A DNA stretch of 24,000 bases from positions 1 to 24,000 of the forward strand of contig JAITSU010000051.1 in the NCBI GenBank assembly GCA_031287525.1, in the 5' to 3' direction. This stretch comes from Zoogloeaceae bacterium. GTDB taxonomy: Bacteria; Pseudomonadota; Gammaproteobacteria; Burkholderiales; Rhodocyclaceae. Position numbers and translations under genes: made by a program. Shown here piece after piece: positions 1 through 9,039 of this stretch; the stretch's first letter is position 1; each line of letters opens with the position of its first letter. The notes beneath the pieces were generated by a model, which saw only the letters and a list, made by a program, of their open reading frames with translations, ran no database searches and was not told the DNA's origin.

Positions 1-1
1 C

Positions 2-130
<129 letters not shown>

Positions 131-306
131 CTTGGATAACAGTATCTACAACCACGGAGCGGGTTGTAGGGGTCAGGACAGGGCGTTATGCTTTGCGGAG
201 CATCGTCCAGTATTTCAATGTAGCATTCGCGCGATTACCCTGAATCGCGTGGTTTGATGGCGTTGTGCGATTTTGACGGGTCATGAGACAGTCAGCCTGA
301 TTTCGC

Positions 307-335
307 TTGCGATTTTTGTTGTGAACCCGTAGAAT
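307..335 (+). promoter_or_regulatory. sigma70-type promoter of rpsT
   Basis: TTGCGA (307-312), 17-nt spacer, TAGAAT (330-335). The -10 ends 35 nt upstream of the rpsT ATG. Confidence 0.5.
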
Positions 336-370
336 CGCCGCTTTCGTTTTTCATCTTTCCAGGATTTTTC

Positions 371-640
371 ATGGCCAATAGCGCACAAGCCCGCAAGCGC
401 GCGCGTCAAGCAGTCAAGCAGCGCGCCCTTAATGCCAGCCAGCGTTCTTCCCTGCGTACCGCCATCAAGCGTGTGCGTCAGGCGATCGCTACCGGCGACA
501 AAGCGGCTGCCCAGAATGTGTATTCCCTGTCTGTGTCGGTCATCGACCGCATCGCGGACAAAAAAATTATTCACAAGAACAAGGCTGCTCGTCACAAGAG
601 CCGTCTGGCTGCCCAAATCAAGGCGATTTCGGCTGCCTGA
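371..640 (+). CDS. rpsT: 30S ribosomal protein S20
   Basis: 89 aa, [23 protein letters not shown]...[19 protein letters not shown]. Basic and typical of S20 in length and sequence. Confidence 0.97.
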   Translation: MANSAQARKRARQAVKQRALNASQRSSLRTAIKRVRQAIATGDKAAAQNVYSLSVSVIDRIADKKIIHKNKAARHKSRLAAQIKAISAA

Positions 641-656
641 GCATTTTCGTTCTTGC

Positions 657-688
657 ATAAAAACGGCGCAATTCGCGCCGTTTTTTTT
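657..688. terminator. Rho-independent terminator after rpsT (A-run upstream and T-run downstream, so potentially bidirectional)
   Basis: Stem CGGCGC (664-669) / GCGCCG (675-680), loop AATTC, followed by T8 (681-688) and preceded by A5 (659-663). Confidence 0.8.
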
Positions 689-698
689 ATGGGGTTTG

Positions 699-800
699 TT
701 CCGGTTCGCATCAGAAGCGAGGCGCGAAGGCGAGCCGAAGATAGCGCTGTTGCGCGGCAAGGCGAAGTCGACACAGTATCGGTTCTGACGCGAACCGGAA
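699..800. repeat. 102-bp unit bounded by 18-bp inverted repeats (one mismatch) between rpsT terminator and ychF stop
   Basis: TTCCGGTTCGCATCAGAA (699-716) against the reverse complement of TTCTGACGCGAACCGGAA (783-800): 17/18 match, enclosing 66 nt. Confidence 0.6.
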
Positions 801-801
801 C

Positions 802-1893
802 TCAGACATTGAACAAAAAGTTCATCACATCCCCGTCCTGCACCACGTAATCCTTGCCTTCGGCGCGCATCTTGCCGGCTTCCCTGGCACCGTGTTCGCC
901 TTTGCAGGCGATGAAATCGGCATAGGCGATGGTCTGGGCGCGGATGAAGCCGCGCTCAAAATCGGTGTGGATGACGCCTGCCGCTTGCGGGGCGGTGTCG
1001 CCTTTGTGAATTGTCCAGGCGCGGACTTCCTTGACCCCGGCGGTGAAGTAGGTGTGCAACCCCAAGAGGTTGTAACCGGCGCGAATCAGGCGATTCAGAC
1101 CGGGTTCCTCCAGTCCCAGGTCGGTGAGGAAGGCTTGTTTGTCTTCGTCTTCCAGATCCGCGAGTTCTTCCTCAATTTTGGCGCAGACGGCAACCACGGG
1201 CGCGCCTTCTTTGGCGGCGTGTTCTTCCAGTCGCGTCAGGTGCGGGTTATCGTGAAAACCGCTTTCGAGCACATTGCCGACGTACATCGCGGGCTTGATG
1301 GTCAAGAGGCAGAGGGGTTTGATGAGCGCGATGTCTTCCGCCGACAATCCGGCGGTGCGGGCGGGTTTGCCTTCGTTCAAGTGCGGTTGCAGCTTTTTCA
1401 GCGCGGCGACCAGCTTTTGCGCTTCCTTGTCGCCGGATTGCGCCTTGCGGACATCGCGGTTCAGGGTTTTTTCCACGGCGGCGAGGTCGGCTAACGCCAG
1501 TTCGGTGATGATGGTTTCGATGTCGGCAAGCGGGTCGACCTTGCCCGCGACGTGCACGATGTTGGGGTCGTCGAAGCAGCGCACGACATTGACAATGGCA
1601 TCAGTTTCGCGGATGTTGGCGAGGAACTGGTTGCCCAACCCTTCGCCCTTCGACGCTCCTGCCACCAGTCCGGCGATGTCGACGAATTCGACGATGGCAT
1701 GTTGGATTTTCTGCGGTTTGACGATGGCGGAAAGCGCGTCGAGTCGCGGGTCGGGCACTTCGACGATGCCGACATTGGGTTCGATGGTGCAGAACGGGTA
1801 ATTGGAGGCTTCAATGCCCGCCTTGGTGAGGGCGTTGAAAAGGGTGGATTTGCCGACGTTGGGCAGGCCGACGATGCCGCATTGAAGACTCAT
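802..1893 (-). CDS. ychF: redox-regulated ribosome-binding ATPase YchF
   Basis: 363 aa. N-terminal G1 motif [18 protein letters not shown] and the C-terminal TGS-like region ...[29 protein letters not shown] are classic YchF/OLA1. Confidence 0.97.
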   Translation of the reverse strand: MSLQCGIVGLPNVGKSTLFNALTKAGIEASNYPFCTIEPNVGIVEVPDPRLDALSAIVKPQKIQHAIVEFVDIAGLVAGASKGEGLGNQFLANIRETDAIVNVVRCFDDPNIVHVAGKVDPLADIETIITELALADLAAVEKTLNRDVRKAQSGDKEAQKLVAALKKLQPHLNEGKPARTAGLSAEDIALIKPLCLLTIKPAMYVGNVLESGFHDNPHLTRLEEHAAKEGAPVVAVCAKIEEELADLEDEDKQAFLTDLGLEEPGLNRLIRAGYNLLGLHTYFTAGVKEVRAWTIHKGDTAPQAAGVIHTDFERGFIRAQTIAYADFIACKGEHGAREAGKMRAEGKDYVVQDGDVMNFLFNV

Positions 1894-2495
1894 GCTGTGG
1901 TTCCTTTGATGTGAGTTGCTGTTGTCTTGACGTGCAACAGCCGTTGGGCTTTTTCATAGTCGCCTGCGAGCAGCGCGGGCGAGGCGTCCAGACTGCGTTC
2001 TATGGCGATGTCGATTTCGGTTTGCTCTGCGGCTTTTGGACGGGCGAGGACGAAATCAATGACTTGCTGGCTCATCCCCAATTCGCGCGGATGACCTACC
2101 CCCAGACGCAAGCGCCAGAAATTCGGCGTGGAGAGCGCCGCCTGAATATCCTTCAAGCCGTTGTGTCCGCCGTTGCCGCCGCCCTGTTTCAAACGGATGC
2201 CGCCGGGGGGAAGGTCGAGGTCGTCGTGGATGACCAGCACTTCTTCCGGCGCGATTTTGTAGAAACGCGCCAAAGCGCCCACCGCCTGACCGGAACGATT
2301 CATGAAGGTGGAAGGTTCCAGGAGCCACAATTCGCCTTGCCGCCCGACATTGCCAAAAAACTTGGGCTGCGGCGACAGGCTTACTTTCAGGCGTTGCGCC
2401 AGCGCGTCTACGAACCAGAAGCCCGCGTTGTGGCGGGTGGTTTCGTATTCGGCGCCAGGGTTGCCGAGTCCGACGATCAGGCGGGGCGAGGTCAT
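1890..2495 (-). CDS. pth: peptidyl-tRNA hydrolase
   Basis: 201 aa, [25 protein letters not shown]...GHNGLKDI motifs. The stop overlaps the ychF start as ATGA (1890-1893), implying translational coupling. Confidence 0.95.
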   Translation of the reverse strand: MTSPRLIVGLGNPGAEYETTRHNAGFWFVDALAQRLKVSLSPQPKFFGNVGRQGELWLLEPSTFMNRSGQAVGALARFYKIAPEEVLVIHDDLDLPPGGIRLKQGGGNGGHNGLKDIQAALSTPNFWRLRLGVGHPRELGMSQQVIDFVLARPKAAEQTEIDIAIERSLDASPALLAGDYEKAQRLLHVKTTATHIKGTTA

Positions 2496-2510
2496 GGTGT
2501 GTGGTCATTC

Positions 2511-2554
2511 CAATAAAAACAAAGAGCCGCCAGCGGTTAAACCGAGGCGGCTCT
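2511..2554 (-). terminator. Rho-independent terminator downstream of rplY
   Basis: 9-bp stem AGAGCCGCC (2523-2531) / GGCGGCTCT (2546-2554). On the minus strand it is followed by CTTTGTTTTTATT. Confidence 0.7.
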
Positions 2555-2587
2555 GCGCGTGGTCAGCGCCCTATGCCAACAGCAAAC

Positions 2588-3226
2588 TTACTTGGCGGCT
2601 TCGGTAGCGGGCGCGGCGGTGGCAGGCGCTTCGGCGGCGGCGGATTCTTCTTCCACCGCGCCGCCCTTCTTGGCGATGCAGGAAACCACAGTCTGGTCTT
2701 CGCCGTGCACAATGGCGCTGACGCCCTTGGGCAGTTGCAGTTGCGAGACGTGGATGGAAGTTCCCGTGGTGAGGGCTTTCAGGTCGACTTCGATGAACTC
2801 CGGCAGATCGGCGGGCAGGCAGGAGATTTCCAGATCGGTGATGATGTGGGCAATCTGACCGCCTTCCAGCTTGACGCCGGGGGCGATGTCCTGATTGATG
2901 AAGTGCAGGGGAATCTTCTGGTGCAGTTTCTTTTTGGCGTCGACACGTTGAAAATCGACGTGCAACACGATGGGCTTGTAGGCGTGCACCTGAAAATCGC
3001 GCAGCAGCACTTGCTCTTTTTGACCTTCCAGCTCGATGGTGAGCAGGGAGGAGTGGAAGGCTTCTTTTTTAAGACCGAGGTAAAGCGGGTTGTGGTCGAT
3101 TTCGATCACTTCCGGCGCTTGACCGGCGCCGTAGATGATGCCGGGGACTTTTCCGGCACGGCGCAGGCGGCGGCTCGCACTCGTTCCCTGCACTGTGCGT
3201 TTTTGGGCGTTAAGGACAAATTGCAT
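2588..3226 (-). CDS. rplY: 50S ribosomal protein L25 / general stress protein Ctc (long form)
   Basis: 212 aa. N-terminus ...RTVQGTSASRRLRRAGKVPGIIYG, plus an Ala/Glu-rich C-terminal tail typical of the Ctc form. Confidence 0.95.
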   Translation of the reverse strand: MQFVLNAQKRTVQGTSASRRLRRAGKVPGIIYGAGQAPEVIEIDHNPLYLGLKKEAFHSSLLTIELEGQKEQVLLRDFQVHAYKPIVLHVDFQRVDAKKKLHQKIPLHFINQDIAPGVKLEGGQIAHIITDLEISCLPADLPEFIEVDLKALTTGTSIHVSQLQLPKGVSAIVHGEDQTVVSCIAKKGGAVEEESAAAEAPATAAPATEAAK

Positions 3227-3277
3227 GATGACTCCATGAAGTTACCGACCCGCGACCAGGTCGGTGGGTTGAAAAAA

Positions 3278-4228
3278 CTATTCAATAAACAGCGAAGAAA
3301 CAGAATCGTCGCTGCTGATGCGGCGGATGGTTTCCGCCAAAAGGGGCGCCACCGAAAGCTGGCGAATATGCGGACAGGCGGCGGCGTCGGGTTGCAGCGG
3401 AATGGTGTCGGTGACGACCAGCGAATCAAGGTCGGAACCGCCGACCCGTTCCACCGCGCCGCCGGACAGCACCGGATGGGTACAGTAGGCGACTACTTTT
3501 TTCGCGCCGCTGGCTTTCAGGGCGGTCGCCGCCTTGCAGAGCGTACCGGCAGTATCCACCATGTCGTCCATGATGACGCAGGTGCGGTCTCTCACGTCGC
3601 CAATGATGTTCATCACCTCGGTAACATTCGCCTTGGGGCGACGCTTGTCGATAATCGCCAGGTCACATTCCATACGTTTGGCGAGCGAACGGGCGCGCAC
3701 CACGCCGCCGTGGTCGGGCGACACCACCAGCGGATTTTCATAACGCTGTTTCTTGATGTCTTCAATCAGGATGGGCAGACCGTAGATGTTATCGACGGGG
3801 ATATTAAAAAAGCCCTGAATCTGCTCGGCGTGCAAATCCATGGTCAGCACCCGATCCACGCCCGAAACCATCAGCATGTTGGCAACCAGCTTGGCGGCGA
3901 TGGCCACCCGCGAGGAACGCGGACGCCGATCCTGGCGGGCATAGCCGAAATAGGGGATGGCCGCCGTGATGCGTCCGGCGGAAGCGCGTTTCAAGGCATC
4001 GACCATGATGAGAATTTCCATCAGATGATGATTGGTCGGCGCGCAGGTGGATTGCAACACGAAGACATCGTGACCGCGCACATGCTCCTGAATCTCGACA
4101 TTGACTTCGCCGTCCGAAAAGCGCCCTACATGCGCTTGTCCCAGTTTCACATTGAGCGCCGTAGCTACGTCGGCAGCCAGACTGCGGTTGGCGTTCCCGC
4201 TGAAAACCATCAGACTGTTGTAAGGCAT
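3278..4228 (-). CDS. prs: ribose-phosphate pyrophosphokinase (PRPP synthetase)
   Basis: 316 aa. [12 protein letters not shown]..., the GYARQDRR flexible loop, and the PRPP-binding motif [12 protein letters not shown]. Confidence 0.97.
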   Translation of the reverse strand: MPYNSLMVFSGNANRSLAADVATALNVKLGQAHVGRFSDGEVNVEIQEHVRGHDVFVLQSTCAPTNHHLMEILIMVDALKRASAGRITAAIPYFGYARQDRRPRSSRVAIAAKLVANMLMVSGVDRVLTMDLHAEQIQGFFNIPVDNIYGLPILIEDIKKQRYENPLVVSPDHGGVVRARSLAKRMECDLAIIDKRRPKANVTEVMNIIGDVRDRTCVIMDDMVDTAGTLCKAATALKASGAKKVVAYCTHPVLSGGAVERVGGSDLDSLVVTDTIPLQPDAAACPHIRQLSVAPLLAETIRRISSDDSVSSLFIE

Positions 4229-4272
4229 CGCTTATCCTTCGGGCGGACGCGTCCATCCGCCATAAATGATTT

Positions 4273-4296
4273 TGGGCAGGTGGAAAGCCTGCCCAA
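4273..4296 (-). terminator. stem-loop just downstream of tRNA-Gln (possible terminator or processing hairpin)
   Basis: TGGGCAGG (4273-4280) / CCTGCCCA (4289-4296), 8-bp stem. On the minus strand it is followed by AAAATCATTT, so the U-tract is weak. Confidence 0.35.
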
Positions 4297-4305
4297 TGGA
4301 TTTCG

Positions 4306-4382
4306 TGGCTGGGGAAGAAGGATTCGAACCTTCGAATGCCGGAATCAAAATCCGGTGCCTTAACCAACTTGGCGACTCCCCA
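4306..4382 (-). tRNA. tRNA-Gln (anticodon UUG), CCA encoded
   Basis: Reverse complement: TGGGGAGTCGCCAAGTTGGTTAAGGCACCGGATTTTGATTCCGGCATTCGAAGGTTCGAATCCTTCTTCCCCAGCCA. 7-bp acceptor stem; anticodon arm CCGGA/TCCGG with loop TTTTGAT (anticodon TTG); T-arm GAAGG-TTCGAAT-CCTTC. Confidence 0.92.
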
Positions 4383-4422
4383 GCGGGTCGCTTCCCCGGT
4401 CGCCCACAGAAGCGAGGCGCGC

Positions 4423-4430
4423 ATTATACA
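4423..4430 (-). promoter_or_regulatory. extended -10 element (TGTATAAT) upstream of tRNA-Gln
   Basis: The minus strand reads ...GATTTTTTTGTATAATGCGCG, about 41 nt upstream of the mature tRNA 5' end. There is no good -35. Confidence 0.3.
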
Positions 4431-4524
4431 AAAAAATCACGGACGCGCCATAAGTTTTTTACAAGCCGGAACGCCCCGAAGTTGAAGTCAGGCAACGTTC
4501 GCGGCGGATTCCAAAGCCTGCCGG

Positions 4525-5922
4525 TTATGGATTCTTTTTTCGTTCTGTCAGCGCGTACCAGTCGAAGCGGCGTGTACTCAACATGACGACGGCAAGCGCG
4601 GCGAACAGCAACGCGCTGCCCATGAGCAGCGCCATATCTTCCAGTTGCAGAATGGCGTAGATCATCGCGTACAGACCGGCAAGGCAGCCGCCGAACACGA
4701 GCGCCACGCGCCAGGAGCCGAACATGCCCGCGAGATAAAGAACGATCAGCCCGATGCAGGCTGCGGCGGCGGCAAGATAGGCCGACAAGAAGGGCAGGTG
4801 TTCGGAGAGCGCGATCAGCAACAGGAAGAAAATGGTGAGCGCCAGCCCGACCAACAGGTATTGCAGGAAGTGTACCGGGCGGCGGCGCGCGATTTCGTAG
4901 ATGAAGAACGCGGCGAAGGTCAGCACGATGAAAAGATTGCCGTACTTTAACGCCCGTTCGGATTGCAGATAAATGTTGATGGGATCCATAAAACGGATGC
5001 CCAGGGCTTCTTCGCCGTTGAGCGTGCTTTCCAGATTGCGCGCCAATTGGGAGACTTCCCATTGCGCGGTAAAACCGTCATCTCCGATTTGCCGACTTCG
5101 CGGCAGGAAACGACCATGAAAACTCGGATGTTGCCAATTGGATTTCAGTTGAATGGCATTGTTTTCCGCCGTGGGCGCGATGTTGAAAGAGGCGGTGCCG
5201 GTGAGTTTGAGCGGAAAGGAAAAGTCGATGTCGCGCGCCGTGCCGAAAGTTAACGCGCCCAGGTCTATTTCCAGCCGGTTGCCCTGCAAGGTTCGGGCGA
5301 AACGCGTGTCTTTCGGTGTCATAAAGTGCATCGGGCGCTGGTCGATGAGAACTTCCGGCGCGACATCAATGCCGCGCAAATCGGAAACACCAAACAGCAT
5401 GACCGCGCTGGCGTCAATGATTTTGCTCTCTTTCGCCACATCCAGAATCAGCTTCATGTCGGCGGGCAGGCTGAAAATACCTTGCAAATTGAGATCAAGA
5501 TGAAAAAGGCTTGCCCGGTAAATCCCCCGATAACGCTGCTCTACCTCGGCGTTTCCCTTGATCGTCAGCGTTTTGGCGGGTACGACGGTGATGTGCTCCT
5601 CCGTTTGGGGCGGCGTGGTGACGGTTTTTTTCGTGTACGTGTCGAAGTAAGTCTTCGCGGGTGTCTTCACGTGGTAACGGATGGCCAATACCGGCCCGGT
5701 CAGGGTTTGCTCCCCGGCGGCGGTTTGGGCGATTTCTTCCGTGACGACCGACTGATAGTGACCGCGTTCGGTGATCTTCGTGTGGATCATGCTAAGCGGC
5801 ACAATCAAAAGCAGGACCAGCACGACTACGCCTGCGAATTTGCCGGTGATCGGAGAAAAACGCCTCCCCTGGAATTTGCCGGACGACGGCGTTTGCAGGG
5901 TTTCTTCGTTTTCCATTTTCAC
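4525..5922 (-). CDS. creD: inner-membrane protein CreD (cell envelope integrity protein)
   Basis: 465 aa. An N-terminal TM segment, a large periplasmic region with ...SNWQHPSFHGRFLP...GF.AQW, and the C-terminal multi-TM block ...YLLVGLALTIFFLLLIALSEH... all match E. coli CreD as I recall it. Confidence 0.85.
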   Translation of the reverse strand: MKMENEETLQTPSSGKFQGRRFSPITGKFAGVVVLVLLLIVPLSMIHTKITERGHYQSVVTEEIAQTAAGEQTLTGPVLAIRYHVKTPAKTYFDTYTKKTVTTPPQTEEHITVVPAKTLTIKGNAEVEQRYRGIYRASLFHLDLNLQGIFSLPADMKLILDVAKESKIIDASAVMLFGVSDLRGIDVAPEVLIDQRPMHFMTPKDTRFARTLQGNRLEIDLGALTFGTARDIDFSFPLKLTGTASFNIAPTAENNAIQLKSNWQHPSFHGRFLPRSRQIGDDGFTAQWEVSQLARNLESTLNGEEALGIRFMDPINIYLQSERALKYGNLFIVLTFAAFFIYEIARRRPVHFLQYLLVGLALTIFFLLLIALSEHLPFLSAYLAAAAACIGLIVLYLAGMFGSWRVALVFGGCLAGLYAMIYAILQLEDMALLMGSALLFAALAVVMLSTRRFDWYALTERKKNP

Positions 5923-5965
5923 GTTCTCCTGAAATTGACGGCAAACACGAGCGTAGAGGGGATGG

Positions 5966-6700
5966 CTATTTGATGCTGTTCAACTTCTGTTCAATGGCAT
6001 CCAGCGAAATTGCGCCGGGGATGCGCGAACCGTCGGCGAAAAACAGGGTGGGTGTGCCGCGCACATTCAGTTTTTGCGCGAATGCGAGATTGCGGTCAAT
6101 GGCGCTGGTGTCGCAATCGCTTTTACCGGCGGGTTCCTTGTTGCTCAACATCCAGTCATTCCAGGCTTTCGCCTTGTCGGCGGCGCACCAGATTTGGCGT
6201 GATTTTGTGTCGGAATCCTCAGAGAGAATGGGGTAAAGAAAGGTGTACAGCGTTACGTTGTCGAGCTTCATCAAGTCTTGCGCGAGCCGTTTGCAGTAGC
6301 CGCAGTTGGGGTCTTCGATGGTCGCCAGCACACGCTTGCCATTGCCGCGCACCTGCTTGATCGCCTGCGTCAAGGGCAGGTCGGCGAATTTGATGGCGGA
6401 AAGCTGCTCAAGCCGCGCCTCGGTCACATTGCTCATGTTTTTGGTATCGAACAGACTGCCGTTTAACAGCGCGCTGACTTTCTCATCGGTGTAATAAATC
6501 TGTCCGTCGATATACAACTCGTACAAACCCAGATAGCCTGCCTTGCGAACACTGTCGATTTGCGTTTTCAGGATTTTTTCAGCCGTCTGTTTCACCTTGT
6601 CTTCCGGCGAAGATTTGCTCGCTTGCGCCAGCAGGGGGGGCGTGAAAGCCGCGAAGGAAAATGCGGCGACCAGCGCCAGCATGAAATTCTTTTTGAACAT
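5966..6700 (-). CDS. dsbC: periplasmic thiol:disulfide interchange protein, DsbC/DsbG family
   Basis: 244 aa. Signal peptide MFKKNFMLALVAAFSFAAF..LLAQA, thioredoxin-fold active site CGYC (..DPNCGYCKRL..), and cis-Pro region GTPTLFF. Confidence 0.85.
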   Translation of the reverse strand: MFKKNFMLALVAAFSFAAFTPPLLAQASKSSPEDKVKQTAEKILKTQIDSVRKAGYLGLYELYIDGQIYYTDEKVSALLNGSLFDTKNMSNVTEARLEQLSAIKFADLPLTQAIKQVRGNGKRVLATIEDPNCGYCKRLAQDLMKLDNVTLYTFLYPILSEDSDTKSRQIWCAADKAKAWNDWMLSNKEPAGKSDCDTSAIDRNLAFAQKLNVRGTPTLFFADGSRIPGAISLDAIEQKLNSIK

Positions 6701-6874
6701 GGAGGGTTCCTTGAATGGGGTGGGGAAAAGGGAAGATTATAGACGCACTTGCGTACTTGATGCGGGACGATTGTCAATCGCTTGTCGTCGGGGAATGGGC
6801 ATGGGGGACAGGTCATCACCCCATGCCCCGCGCGAAATTGCCGGATTATTACAACGCGTCGGTTACGGAGCGTC

Positions 6875-7714
6875 TTAAAAATCCGCCGTATCCGGGTGCG
6901 GGCCGATGCGGTTTTTGGGGGCGTCCAGCGCCTTGATTCTGGCGCGGTCTTCGGCGTCGAGGGTGAAATCGAAGACGGCGAAGTTTTCGGTGATGCGGGG
7001 CGCGTGGATGGATTTGGGAATCACCAGCAGTTGTTCATCCAGATGCCAGCGGATGACGACTTGCGCCGGTGTCTTTTTGTGCTTTTGGGCGATGGCGCGG
7101 ATGAGTTCGTTTTTCAGCAAAGCGCCTTGACCCAAGGGACTCCATGATTGCGTCAGGATGCCGTGTCGGGCGTGGAACGCGGTGAGTTCACGTTGCTGAA
7201 AGTCGGGGTGCAGTTCAATCTGATTGACGGCGGGCGTGACGCCGGTTTCCTGGATGACGCGCTCCAGATGCGCGGGTTCAAAATTGGAAACGCCAATGGC
7301 GCGCACACGCTTTTCTTCCAGCAAACGCGCCAGCGCCTTCCAACTGTCGGCGTACAGGTCTTTTTTCGGCGCAGGCCAGTGAATCAGGTACAGGTCGACG
7401 TAATCGAGTTGCAGCCGTTTCAGGCTGGCGTCGAAGGCGCGCAGGGCGCTGTCATAACCCTGTTCGCTGTTCCAGAGTTTGGTGGTGACGAAGACCTGCT
7501 CGCGCGGCAGGGCGGCGGCTTTTAAGCCTTGTTTCAAGCCATCTCCGACGCCGGTTTCGTTTTCATAAATGGCGGCGGTGTCGATGAGGCGGTAGCCGTC
7601 TTTCAGCGCGTTCTTGACGGCATCGGCGGCAACATCATCCGGCGTTTGCCAGGTGCCAAGCCCCAGTTGCGGGATTTGGACGCCGTTGTTCAGGGTAAGA
7701 AAAGGTTGCGGCAT
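6875..7714 (-). CDS. aldo/keto reductase (DkgA/DkgB-like)
   Basis: Family-typical N-terminus MPQPFLTLNNGVQIPQLGLGTW, then ..DTAAIYENE.., ..LYLIHWP... Start moved to the ATG at 7714, which is preceded by AAGGAGA. The 296-aa track ORF carries a 17-aa extension. Confidence 0.9.
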   Translation of the reverse strand: MPQPFLTLNNGVQIPQLGLGTWQTPDDVAADAVKNALKDGYRLIDTAAIYENETGVGDGLKQGLKAAALPREQVFVTTKLWNSEQGYDSALRAFDASLKRLQLDYVDLYLIHWPAPKKDLYADSWKALARLLEEKRVRAIGVSNFEPAHLERVIQETGVTPAVNQIELHPDFQQRELTAFHARHGILTQSWSPLGQGALLKNELIRAIAQKHKKTPAQVVIRWHLDEQLLVIPKSIHAPRITENFAVFDFTLDAEDRARIKALDAPKNRIGPHPDTADF

Positions 7715-7786
7715 GGTGGCTCTCCTTTGAGGTGAAAAGCGAGCGGGTGGCTTACGCTTTGCCAACCCACTGCAAAAAGTCTCTTG

Positions 7787-8839
7787 TCACTTGGTCGTCA
7801 GGCTGGCGCTGTCGATGACAAAACGGTATTTCACGTCGCCCTTGACCATGCGTTCGTAAGCGTCGTTGATCTGGTCTGCCCGGATCAGTTCAATGTCCGC
7901 CACAATGCCGCGCTCGGCGCAGAAATCGAGCATTTCCTGGGTTTCGGGAATGCCGCCAATCATTGATCCGGCGAGGGAGCGGCGTTTGCCGATCAGGTGA
8001 AACACCTCTGGCGAAGGATGCGGCGACGCGGGCAATCCGACCAGGCTCATCGTGCCGTCGCGCTTCAACAGGGTCATGTAGGCGTCAAGATTATGGGGGG
8101 CGGCGACGGTGTTGAGGATGAAATCGAAACTCTTGACGTGCGCGACCATTTCATCGGCATTGCGGGAAACAACGGTTTCATCCGCGCCCAGCGCCTTCGC
8201 CGCGTCGCGTTTGGAGGGCGAGGTAGTGAAGGCGACGACATGCGCGCCCATCGCGTGCGCGATTTTGATGCCCATGTGACCAAGACCGCCGATGCCGACG
8301 ACGCCGACCTTTTTGCCCGGCCCCGCGCGCCAATGACGCAGCGGCGAGTAGGTGGTAATACCGGCGCACAACAGCGGCGCGACGGCGGCGAGTTGGGCTT
8401 CGGGGTGATGGATCCGCAGAACATAATGCTCGTGCACGACGATTTGTTGTGAATAACCGCCCAGCGTATGACCGGGCGCGTCCGGTGTGGCGCCGTTGTA
8501 GGTGCCCACCATGCCGTCGCAGTAATTTTCCAGCCCGGTGTCGCACTCTTCGCAATGACGACAACTATCGACGATACAGCCGACGCCCACGAGGTCGCCC
8601 GGCTTGTAGCGGGTGACATGCGCGCCCACCGCCGAAACGCGCCCGACGATTTCGTGTCCGGGTACGCACGGAAAAAGTGTGCCTGCCCATTCTGCTCGTA
8701 CGGTGTGCAGATCGGAGTGACACACGCCGCAATAGGCGATGTCGATTTGCACATCGTGCGCGCCTGGCGCGCGTCGGGTGATTTCCATCGGTTCAAGCGA
8801 TTGATCGCTCGCGTGAGCGCCGTAGGCTTTGATTGACAT
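7787..8839 (-). CDS. zinc-dependent NAD(P) alcohol/aldehyde dehydrogenase (cinnamyl-alcohol-DH family, YahK-like)
   Basis: MSIKAYGAH...IAYCGVCHSDLH..., structural-zinc Cys cluster CRHCEEC..C, and GVVGIGGLGH Rossmann motif. Start set at the ATG at 8839, preceded by AAGGAG. The track ORF (421 aa) has a 71-aa spurious extension. Confidence 0.9.
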   Translation of the reverse strand: MSIKAYGAHASDQSLEPMEITRRAPGAHDVQIDIAYCGVCHSDLHTVRAEWAGTLFPCVPGHEIVGRVSAVGAHVTRYKPGDLVGVGCIVDSCRHCEECDTGLENYCDGMVGTYNGATPDAPGHTLGGYSQQIVVHEHYVLRIHHPEAQLAAVAPLLCAGITTYSPLRHWRAGPGKKVGVVGIGGLGHMGIKIAHAMGAHVVAFTTSPSKRDAAKALGADETVVSRNADEMVAHVKSFDFILNTVAAPHNLDAYMTLLKRDGTMSLVGLPASPHPSPEVFHLIGKRRSLAGSMIGGIPETQEMLDFCAERGIVADIELIRADQINDAYERMVKGDVKYRFVIDSASLTTK

Positions 8840-9039
8840 CGTAGACTCCTTGAAATGGATTTGCTGCGGTGAGTGGGGGGGGGCAAAAGCGTCAATATAC
8901 GTGTCATTGAGAAAAACGGAAACCCCGCGCACGACGCGCCCAAGGTCATAATGTTCTATACTGTACATGATTTTCCCCTTGATGCTTTGGCGGTGTCGTG
9001 ATGGATGGGCGTCGCTGAACGAACTGGATGGAGCGCAAA

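Noticed and set aside
2501-4363. 620-aa plus-strand ORF, and similar long ORFs at 9049-10020 (-), 11431-13038 (+), 13035-13880 (+), 14708-15334 (+), 19244-20038 (-), 19803-20771 (+), 22717-23835 (+)
   Set aside because: All lie antisense to or out of frame with genes that have unmistakable family signatures (rplY/prs, DUF362, larE/larC, larB, mnmC, lapB/lapA, porin). Their translations are Arg/Gly/Ala/His-rich low-complexity strings typical of shadow ORFs in GC-rich DNA.
8944-8962. ATGT-N10-ACAT palindrome / CTGT-containing sequence in the adh-DUF362 divergent region, considered as a LexA (SOS) box given the nearby DinD-like gene
   Set aside because: It lacks the CTGT-N8-ACAG spacing and the second half-site. 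Only 4 nt per arm match, which is expected by chance.
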